This document shows, in pieces, positions 27,352 through 34,680 of a DNA stretch of 64,000 nucleotides (the stretch's first letter is position 1; every line of letters starts with the position of its first letter). Location of the stretch: contig CACNXV010000003.1 of assembly GCA_902624575.1 (NCBI GenBank), forward strand, positions 12,600 to 76,599, given 5' to 3'. Source of the stretch: an uncultured Fidelibacterota bacterium (GTDB lineage Bacteria; Fidelibacterota; Marinisomatia; Marinisomatales; Marinisomataceae). A model generated the notes under the pieces. The model was not told the origin of the DNA and searched no databases. It saw only the letters and a program-made list of their open reading frames with translations. The position numbers and the translations under genes are program-made.

Positions 27352-28116
27352 ATGAGAATATTAATTATCACTCAAAATGAACCCTTCTTTTTAGCAGAAA
27401 ATTTAAGATATTTAATTAAAATTTTACCAAAGCATTCACAAATTATCGGGGCAGTTGTCACTAGTCCATCACCTTTTGGAAAAAAAGAATCTTTTATAGA
27501 AAAAGCCAGAAGGACATACAATATTTTTGGGTTTCAATTTTTTCTTTTCTATAGCCTTAAATATTTAATAAATATTTTTGATAAAAATTCTAAAGTCAAA
27601 AATGTTTTAAAAAAAAATAGAATTGTAAAAGTAAATTTAAATAAAAATATAAATCATCCTGAATCAATTAGTACAATTAAAGAATTTAAACCTGATTTAT
27701 TGGTATCTATCTTGGGAAATGAAATATTTAAAAAACCTATCATTAATTTAGCAAAAAAAGGCTGTATAAATCTTCACACAGCATTACTGCCAAAGTATAG
27801 AGGGCTAATGCCCTCTTTTTGGGTATTAAAAAATAATGAAGAATTCACTGGTGTAAGTGTTTTTTTTGTTGATGAAGGTATTGATAGTGGACCTATAATT
27901 GTACAAAAGAAAGTTAAAATTAATGATTTAACACAGCAGGAATTAATCAAAACAACGAAAAAAATAGGTATGGATGCCATTGCAAAAGCAATTGATTTAA
28001 TTGAAAATGACGATTTTGATTTAATTGAAAATGACGATTCAAAAAAAACCTATTATTCTTTTCCAAAACGTTCTGATGTAAAAGATTTTTATAATAAAGG
28101 TAAAAGATTCTTCTGA
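27352..28116 (+). CDS. Formyltransferase (Fmt/ArnA-N/sugar N-formyltransferase family)
   Basis: INLHTALLPKYRGLMP and FVDEGIDSGPII give the catalytic His and Asp context. Confidence 0.75.
   Translation: MRILIITQNEPFFLAENLRYLIKILPKHSQIIGAVVTSPSPFGKKESFIEKARRTYNIFGFQFFLFYSLKYLINIFDKNSKVKNVLKKNRIVKVNLNKNINHPESISTIKEFKPDLLVSILGNEIFKKPIINLAKKGCINLHTALLPKYRGLMPSFWVLKNNEEFTGVSVFFVDEGIDSGPIIVQKKVKINDLTQQELIKTTKKIGMDAIAKAIDLIENDDFDLIENDDSKKTYYSFPKRSDVKDFYNKGKRFF
27994..28041 (+). repeat. In-frame tandem duplication, 2 x 24 nt (first 22 nt identical)
   Basis: gatttaattgaaaatgacgatttt / gatttaattgaaaatgacgattca, encoding DLIENDDF-DLIENDDS near the C-terminus of the formyltransferase. Confidence 0.95.
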
Positions 28117-28964
28117 TGAATATCCTTACTTTTGATATAGAGGAGTGGTTTCATATTTTAGATCATGATTCGACAGAAAATGAAAAAAACTGGAGCAATT
28201 ATGAATATAGATTGGAAGCAAACATGGATAAAGTATTTTCCCTTCTTAATGATAAAAACCAAAATGCCACATTCTTTTGTTTAGGTTGGGTCGCAAAAAA
28301 ATTTCCCAATATTATTAAGAAAATTGATTCAATGGGTTATGAAATTGGTACACATTCTAATATGCATCAGCTTGCTTATAAGCAGTCAAAAGATGAATTT
28401 TCTAATGACTTAAAAAAATCAATTGATTTATTAGAAGATAAAACCGGTAAAAAAGTTAAAATATATAGAGCTCCAGGTTTTTCTATAAAGAAACAAAATT
28501 TATGGGTATTTGATGAATTAATAAAAAATGGTATTGAAATCGATTGTAGTATTTTCCCTGCTAAAAGATCACATGGTGGTTTTTCAAATTATGGATATGC
28601 TGAGCCTAGTGTTGTTAGTCTTGATATTGGAAATATCAAAGAATTTCCTATCAATACATTTAATTTTCTAGGTAGACAAATTATTTTTTCTGGAGGAGGA
28701 TACTTCAGATTACTACCTCTATTTATTATTAAGAACTTAATGAGTCGAAGTAAGTACAATATGACTTACTTTCATCCCAGAGATTTTGATCCAGCACAAC
28801 CTATGATTAATGATTTATCTTTATTGCGAAAATTTAAGTCTTATTATGGGTTAAAAAATTCAATGATGAAATTAGAAAAACTTTTAGCAGATTTTGAATT
28901 TATTGATTTAAAAACAGCAAATGAGTCAATAGACTGGAACAATGTAAAGCAAATTAAACTTTAA
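28116..28964 (+). CDS. Polysaccharide deacetylase-family protein (subtype usually found in PEP-CTERM/EPS loci)
   Basis: LTFDIEEWFH N-terminus, ATFFCLGWVAKKFP, GYEIGTHSNMH and YRAPGFSI. TGATG overlap with the formyltransferase. Confidence 0.7.
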   Translation: MNILTFDIEEWFHILDHDSTENEKNWSNYEYRLEANMDKVFSLLNDKNQNATFFCLGWVAKKFPNIIKKIDSMGYEIGTHSNMHQLAYKQSKDEFSNDLKKSIDLLEDKTGKKVKIYRAPGFSIKKQNLWVFDELIKNGIEIDCSIFPAKRSHGGFSNYGYAEPSVVSLDIGNIKEFPINTFNFLGRQIIFSGGGYFRLLPLFIIKNLMSRSKYNMTYFHPRDFDPAQPMINDLSLLRKFKSYYGLKNSMMKLEKLLADFEFIDLKTANESIDWNNVKQIKL

Positions 28965-28966
28965 TT

Positions 28967-29518
28967 TTAATGTTTAATATTTCGTTGGACTAATACTACG
29001 AAAAAAGTTTTAAAAATAATTTTAAAATCTAACCAAAAACTTTTATTTAATAAATAATAGTTATCAAGTTCTACTTTATTTTTAAATGAATTTAAGTCTC
29101 TTCCATTTACTTGGGCCCACCCTGTAATACCAGGCTTAATTTTATGAATTCCGTTTTCTTCTCTAAGAGTTTTAACAATTTCTTCATTTGTTGCCATACA
29201 TGGTCTTGGTCCTACAAAATTCATGTCACCTTTCAATACATTCCAAAATTGAGGTAATTCATCTAAACTGAACTTTCTTAAAAAAAGACCAAATTTTATT
29301 ATATATTTCGATGAATCATTCATTTCCTCAGTTGGAACTTCAGGAGTATTTTTTTTCATAGTTCTAAATTTATAGAGATTAAATTCTTTGTGATTCAAAC
29401 CAAGTTTTTTCTGCACATAAAAAACTGGTAAACCATCTGAAATATAAACTATAAATGCAATCAAGCAGTATAAAGGTAGTATTAAAAATATTAAAAAAAT
29501 TGCAACTATTCGTGACAT
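28967..29518 (-). CDS. Small monotopic phosphoglycosyl transferase (bacterial sugar transferase, PglC/WbaP C-terminal type)
   Basis: One N-terminal hydrophobic helix, then YKFRTM, DELPQFWNVLKGDMNFVGPRP. 183 aa. Confidence 0.85.
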   Translation of the reverse strand: MSRIVAIFLIFLILPLYCLIAFIVYISDGLPVFYVQKKLGLNHKEFNLYKFRTMKKNTPEVPTEEMNDSSKYIIKFGLFLRKFSLDELPQFWNVLKGDMNFVGPRPCMATNEEIVKTLREENGIHKIKPGITGWAQVNGRDLNSFKNKVELDNYYLLNKSFWLDFKIIFKTFFVVLVQRNIKH

Positions 29519-29537
29519 ATTTTATAAATCCTAATTT

Positions 29538-31025
29538 TTAATATCTGTATTCATCTTTTTTAAATGGACCATTAACACTAACACCAATATAATTTGCTTG
29601 TTGTTTTGTGAGCTTTGTTAAATCTGCATCAAGATGTTTTAAATGAATTCTAGCAACTTCTTCATCTAGCTTTCTGGGTAAGTCATAAATGCCAGTTGCA
29701 GGTTTATTTTTTGCCAAAAATATCTGAGCTAAAACTTGATTTGAAAATGAGGTTGACATTACAAAACTGGCATGACCAGTTGCACAACCCAAGTTAACGA
29801 GCCTACCTTCTGCCAAAATAAATATTTGCTTACCGTTTTTAAAAGTATATCTATCAAGTTGAGGTTTTATTTGATCTCTTTTTGCGTTTGACTTATTTAA
29901 TGCGTCTACTTGAATTTCATTATCAAAGTGTCCTATGTTACAAACAATAGCTTGATCTTTCATTTTTTTCATATGTTTTAATGTAATAATATCTTTATTG
30001 CCTGTTGTAGTAACAAAGATATTACCTCTATCCAAAACATCCTCTAATCTTCTAACTTCAAATCCTTCCATAGCTGCTTGAAGAGCGCAAATTGGATCAA
30101 TTTCAGTTACAATCACTTTGCAACCGTAAGATTTCATTGATTGTGCTGAGCCTTTACCAACATCTCCATAACCACAAACAACCACGGTTTTACCTGCAAG
30201 CATTATTTCAGTTGATCGTTTAATTCCATCTGCTAAAGATTCTCTGCAGCCATAGAGGTTATCAAATTTTGATTTAGTTGCTGCATCATTTACATTGAAT
30301 GCTGGAAATAGTAAAGATGCATCTTCAATCATTTGTTCTAAACGTGCAACACCAGTTGTTGTCTCTTCTGACACACCAATAATATCTGGTACAATACTAT
30401 GCCAATGATTTGGATTAATTTTATGAACTTTCCTTAAAAGTCTTTCAATTACAATTTCTTCTTCAACCTGAGTAGTGATTTTTGGAAGTTTTTTATGACT
30501 ATTAAAATAGTTTTCTAATTCATATCCTTTATGAATAAGAAGTGTTGCGTCACCTCCGTCGTCTACAATAAGATTTGGACCTAAATTATTTTTAAAAGTC
30601 AATGCTTGTAGTGTACAGTCCCAATATTCTTCGAGAGTTTCGCCTTTCCAAGCAAAAACGGGAGTTTTTGTTTTAGCAATCGCAGCTGCAGCCTCATCTT
30701 GTGTTGAAAAAATATTGCAGCTTGCCCATCTAATATTAGCCCCAAGATCTTTAAGAGTTTCAATAAGGATTGCTGTTTCAATTGTCATATGCAATGAGCC
30801 AGTAAGCCTAAAACCTTTTAAGGGCTTTGACTTAGAATATTTTTTACGTAGTTCCATTAAACCAGGCATCTCTCTTTCTGAAATATCTATTTTATCTCTA
30901 CCTAATTTTGCAAGCTTTATATCTTTTATTTTAAATGGCAATGCTTCAACTATCTTACTGTTTTTATTTTGTATTTTTTTTGTACGTGTAGTTTTTATAT
31001 TATTTTCTATGTTTTGTAGTCTCAT
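29538..31025 (-). CDS. ahcY: Adenosylhomocysteinase (long form with the ~40-aa insertion)
   Basis: Motifs [31 protein letters not shown] and IGHFDNEI. Strong SD (AGAGGA) before the ATG at 31025. Confidence 0.92.
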   Translation of the reverse strand: MRLQNIENNIKTTRTKKIQNKNSKIVEALPFKIKDIKLAKLGRDKIDISEREMPGLMELRKKYSKSKPLKGFRLTGSLHMTIETAILIETLKDLGANIRWASCNIFSTQDEAAAAIAKTKTPVFAWKGETLEEYWDCTLQALTFKNNLGPNLIVDDGGDATLLIHKGYELENYFNSHKKLPKITTQVEEEIVIERLLRKVHKINPNHWHSIVPDIIGVSEETTTGVARLEQMIEDASLLFPAFNVNDAATKSKFDNLYGCRESLADGIKRSTEIMLAGKTVVVCGYGDVGKGSAQSMKSYGCKVIVTEIDPICALQAAMEGFEVRRLEDVLDRGNIFVTTTGNKDIITLKHMKKMKDQAIVCNIGHFDNEIQVDALNKSNAKRDQIKPQLDRYTFKNGKQIFILAEGRLVNLGCATGHASFVMSTSFSNQVLAQIFLAKNKPATGIYDLPRKLDEEVARIHLKHLDADLTKLTKQQANYIGVSVNGPFKKDEYRY

Positions 31026-31034
31026 ATTTATCCT

Positions 31035-32153
31035 CTAAAAGTTTAATTCTTTAGCAATATCTGTTTTTTCCCATGGTAAGTGATTTTTACCAAAGTGCCC
31101 GTAATTTGTTGTATCCGCCAGATTTAATTTAAACAAATCAAATTTCTTAATTATTCCTAGTGGAGTTAAGTCAATATTATTAGCAACCCAATTTGAAATA
31201 TCATTTCTAACTTTTCCATCGCAGTAGATGTATAAAGAAACTGGTTCTTTAATACCTATAGCGTAGCTTAATTGGACAGTGGCGTTTAAAGAAATACCTG
31301 ATGCAACAATGTTTTTTGCTATATAGCGTGCCATATAGGCTCCACTTCTATCTACCTTCGTACAATCTTTACCGCTAAAAGCACCTCCGCCGTGCGGAGC
31401 ATAGCCTCCATATGTATCAACAATAATTTTTCTACCAGTAACTCCTGTATCTCCATCAGGTCCACCTGTTACGAAATTACCTGTTGGATTTATCTTGAAT
31501 TTGGTTTTATCATCAGACATATCATTTAAAAAAGGTTTAATAATTTTTTCAACTCTTGCTTGAACTTCAGGAGAATTATCTTCTAAATCTTTACTGTGTT
31601 GAGTACTACAAATAACATCAGATATTCTTATTGGTTCATTAATATTCTTATATTCAATGGTAACTTGCGCTTTACCATCCGGACCTATCCAATTTTCACC
31701 ATTGTGTCTCGCTTCGGATAGCGCTTTAGTTATTTTATGGCTATAGTAAATTGCGCTAGGCATAAAAGATTTATTTTCATTACATGCATAACCAAACATC
31801 ATGCCCTGATCACCTGCGCCAAAATCGTCAGTACCTCTTGCTATATCTACACTTTGACCATGAATAATATTTTTAAAATTAAATGTATTCCAATGGAAAT
31901 TTTCTTGTTCATATCCGATCTGTTTAACAGTATCTCTAACTAATTGCTCAATTGCCTCTTTTTCATTTTCTAAATTAGTTTTAACTTCGCCTGCTATTGT
32001 TACCATATTCGATGAAACCATTGTTTCAATAGCTGCTCTGTGATTTTCATTTTCATTTATTAAAAAATTAGCAACATTATCAGATATTAAATCTGCAACT
32101 TTATCCGGGTGACCTTCTGTTACAGATTCAGATGTAAAATAGTAATTATTCAT
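31035..32153 (-). CDS. metK: S-adenosylmethionine synthetase
   Basis: Motifs FTSESVTEGHPDKVAD, GAGDQGMMFGYA and GGGAFSGKD. Start set at MNNYYFTSES (ATG 32153), which overlaps the upstream stop by 8 nt. Confidence 0.92.
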   Translation of the reverse strand: MNNYYFTSESVTEGHPDKVADLISDNVANFLINENENHRAAIETMVSSNMVTIAGEVKTNLENEKEAIEQLVRDTVKQIGYEQENFHWNTFNFKNIIHGQSVDIARGTDDFGAGDQGMMFGYACNENKSFMPSAIYYSHKITKALSEARHNGENWIGPDGKAQVTIEYKNINEPIRISDVICSTQHSKDLEDNSPEVQARVEKIIKPFLNDMSDDKTKFKINPTGNFVTGGPDGDTGVTGRKIIVDTYGGYAPHGGGAFSGKDCTKVDRSGAYMARYIAKNIVASGISLNATVQLSYAIGIKEPVSLYIYCDGKVRNDISNWVANNIDLTPLGIIKKFDLFKLNLADTTNYGHFGKNHLPWEKTDIAKELNF

Positions 32154-32478
32154 TATTTTCTTTAATCCAGTCATGTTTTGTATAATCGACTGTAAGCTCT
32201 TCATCAAAATTTACAATATTAATAGTTATTAACTTAATATAATCTCCATCGTAAATCGCTTCGCAATTAGGTTTTTCTGAATGATTAAAAAAACCACCCA
32301 GCGGTGTTCTAATATATCCATGTGAGAATCTATCATCTTTGATATGAGTTATTCCAAGCTCTGTTTGAGAAGGTATCTTTTCTTTTGCAAAAAGACCTAA
32401 CCCATGAATACTTGACTCTTTGACTGTAACACTTGATGGTAGCGGTTCAAAAGTCTTTAATTTTTCAAATTGTGACAC
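32146..32478 (-). CDS. Minimal SET-domain protein (putative lysine methyltransferase), 110 aa
   Basis: All core SET motifs are present: GLGLFA, FNHSEKPNC and EELTVDY. There are no pre-SET or post-SET extensions. GTG start. Confidence 0.7.
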   Translation of the reverse strand: MSQFEKLKTFEPLPSSVTVKESSIHGLGLFAKEKIPSQTELGITHIKDDRFSHGYIRTPLGGFFNHSEKPNCEAIYDGDYIKLITINIVNFDEELTVDYTKHDWIKENNE

Positions 32479-32545
32479 GGTGAATAATATAATTTTTTAA
32501 AGATATAATAAATGTTTTTTTTGTAATGTATTTAGAATATATTCA

Positions 32546-32569
32546 TCTCGAAATGCATGCAAATCGAGA
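32546..32569. promoter_or_regulatory. 24-bp quasi-palindrome TCTCGA-AA-TGCATGCA-AA-TCGAGA in the divergent intergenic region
   Basis: Read directly. 20 of 24 positions are dyad-symmetric. It ends 12 nt upstream of the 32582 ATG and starts about 68 nt upstream of the SET start on the other strand. Confidence 0.4.
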
Positions 32570-32581
32570 AACCTCAATTCT

Positions 32582-33289
32582 ATGAGTATAATTAATCAAA
32601 TAATCTTATTACAAGATGTAGATAATAAATTATTTGAAATTGAAAAACTTCTCGGTGATTTACCCTCAAAAGTTAGTGACCTCACAAAAGAAGAAGACGA
32701 AGTAAAATCATCTTTAGAATCCAAAGAGGTAGATTTAAAAAATACAAGTGTTTCAATTAATTCAAATGAAACTCTTGTCCAAACTACATCTCAAAAAATC
32801 AGTGCGTTAAAAGACAAATTAGTAGATGGCTCTATCAATACAAATAAAGAATATGATGCCATGATGGAAACAATAGACTTTGAAAAAAATCTTTTAAATG
32901 ATAAAGAAAATGAATTAATTGATTTGATGTCAAAAAAAGAGGTTTTATCAAAAGAAATTGAAGAAGATAAAGCATCACTTGATGGAATAATCGATGAACT
33001 TAAATCCAAAAAAGAAGATTTAAATAAAAAGATGGAAGAAGTATCTGAAGAACAAAATGCATTACAATCTGAAAGATCAGATATAGTTAAAGATATTGCT
33101 GAAGATACTTTAGAAAAATATACACAAATTTATAAAGCCAGAAAGGGCGTTGCTTGCTCTGAAATTCTTGACAACAATTGTGAAGGATGTGGCGCTTATA
33201 TACCTCCACAGATTGTTAACGAGGCCCTAGCAAAAGACATAGTAAACTGTGGTACATGTAGTCGTTTTTTGTTCAAAACAGAAAATTAA
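32582..33289 (+). CDS. Coiled-coil protein with C-terminal C4 zinc ribbon (COG1579-type)
   Basis: Long heptad-like, E/K-rich region. The C-terminus has CEGCGAYIPPQ ... CGTCSRFL. Confidence 0.65.
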   Translation: MSIINQIILLQDVDNKLFEIEKLLGDLPSKVSDLTKEEDEVKSSLESKEVDLKNTSVSINSNETLVQTTSQKISALKDKLVDGSINTNKEYDAMMETIDFEKNLLNDKENELIDLMSKKEVLSKEIEEDKASLDGIIDELKSKKEDLNKKMEEVSEEQNALQSERSDIVKDIAEDTLEKYTQIYKARKGVACSEILDNNCEGCGAYIPPQIVNEALAKDIVNCGTCSRFLFKTEN

Positions 33290-33334
33290 TTTTTTTCTTC
33301 TAAATTTAATATCTATCCCTTATTATACTTTTAA

Positions 33335-33670
33335 GAGCTGATTGGATGATTACTCGATTTTCGAGAGGAAAGTCCGGGCACCGTAGAGCATAGTGCCACC
33401 TAACGGGTGGGATTCGTGAGAATATGGATAGTGCAGCAGAAAATAAACCGCCATTATTGGTAAGGGTGAAACGGTGGTGTAAGAGACCACCAGTAATGAT
33501 GGTAACATCATTAGCTGGTAAACCCCACTAGGTGCAAGATCACGTAGACCCAAGATACTGCTCGTATCGTTTGAGGGAAGGGTAGATTGCTAGAGTTTTA
33601 TAGAAATATAAAATAGAGAGGAATGATCATCGCATCATAGATGTACAGAACCCGGCTTATAGATCAGCTC
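33335..33670 (+). ncRNA. rnpB: RNase P RNA, bacterial type A
   Basis: Conserved GAGGAAAGTCCGGGC, GGTAAGGGTGAAACGGTGGTGTAAGAGACCACC, GGTAAACCCCAC and ACAGAACCCGGCTTAT. P1 pairing is GAGCTGAT / ATCAGCTC. Ends are +/- a few nt. Confidence 0.92.
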
Positions 33671-33680
33671 AAAAATTTTT

Positions 33681-34679
33681 ATGAAAAAAGCAAAAATAGC
33701 AGGTATTGGTTTTAATGTTCCAGATAATGTTGTGTCAAATCATGACTTAGAAGAAATGATGGATACAACGGACGAGTGGATAAGAACAAGATCTGGAATT
33801 GAAGAAAGAAGATGGGTAGAACCAGGTACAGCAAATTCAGATCTTGCTATACCAGCTTGTATTAAAGCAATTAAAAATGCAAATATATCTGTTGATGATA
33901 TAGATGCAATTGTAGTTGGTACTGTAAGTTCAGATTATAATTTTCCTGGAATGGCACCAATAATCCAGCAAAAATTAGGAATCTCAAAGCATGTTCCTGC
34001 TTATGATATTAGCGCAGCATGCTCAGCTTTTATTTATTTATTAGAGATTGGTGATCAATATATTAAATCAGGCAAATATAAAAATATTCTTCTTGTTGGC
34101 TCAGATGTGATGTCTACAATAATTGAAAGAACTCCTGAAGGTAGAGCAACGGGTGTATTATTTGGTGATGGAGCTGGAGCAGTTATTTTACAAGAATCAA
34201 ATGATGACAGTTGTATTCTATCAACTCACCTATTCGCAGACGGTAGTGGAGTTGAACATTTAGGAGCAAAAGCACCTGGCTCTTTTTTTAATCCTTTAAG
34301 AATTGATGAACAAATAGTCGCAGAAAGACACCACTTACCAACGCAGAATGGTAGAGAAGTTTTTAAAAATGCTGTAAAAAGAATGCCAGAGGCAATCAAT
34401 TTTGCATTAGAGAAAAATAATTTATCAATTGATGATATTAAACTTGTAGTTGCTCATCAAGCAAACAAAAGAATTCTTGAAGCATGTGCGCAAAGAATGA
34501 ACTTACCTTCTGAAAAAATGTTTGTTAACATTCAAAAATATGGCAATACTACTGCGGCTACAATACCAATAGCAATGTGCGAAGCATTGGAACAGGGTAA
34601 GTTTTCTAAAGGTGATATTATAATGCTTACTGCTTTTGGAGCTGGTTATACCTGGGCTTCTGCTGCTATAAGGTGGTAA
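33681..34679 (+). CDS. fabH: 3-oxoacyl-ACP synthase III
   Basis: Motifs TSDEWIRTRSGI-like (TTDEWIRTRSGIEERR), active-site AACSAF, HQAN, GNTTAATIP and FGAGYTW. Confidence 0.9.
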   Translation: MKKAKIAGIGFNVPDNVVSNHDLEEMMDTTDEWIRTRSGIEERRWVEPGTANSDLAIPACIKAIKNANISVDDIDAIVVGTVSSDYNFPGMAPIIQQKLGISKHVPAYDISAACSAFIYLLEIGDQYIKSGKYKNILLVGSDVMSTIIERTPEGRATGVLFGDGAGAVILQESNDDSCILSTHLFADGSGVEHLGAKAPGSFFNPLRIDEQIVAERHHLPTQNGREVFKNAVKRMPEAINFALEKNNLSIDDIKLVVAHQANKRILEACAQRMNLPSEKMFVNIQKYGNTTAATIPIAMCEALEQGKFSKGDIIMLTAFGAGYTWASAAIRW

Positions 34680-34680
34680 A

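Noticed and set aside
30939-31025. ~29-aa Lys/Asn-rich N-terminal extension of AhcY as a mis-called start or extra domain
   Set aside because: The ATG at 31025 has the best SD in the region (AGAGGA). The only internal alternative (a TTG near ALPFK) has a poor context. A short, low-complexity extension is not evidence of a new function.
32479-32581. Possible SAM or SAH riboswitch upstream of the SET-metK-ahcY unit
   Set aside because: The ~100-nt leader is almost pure A/T apart from the short quasi-palindrome. I could not find the conserved helices, pseudoknot or core nucleotides of the SAM or SAH riboswitch classes I know. metK and ahcY themselves have no leader (8-nt overlap, 9-nt gap). A covariance-model scan would settle this.
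33350-33553. 67-aa ORF on the minus strand in the ORF track
   Set aside because: It lies entirely inside the RNase P RNA gene, on the opposite strand. The open frame is a by-product of the GC-richer structured RNA sequence.
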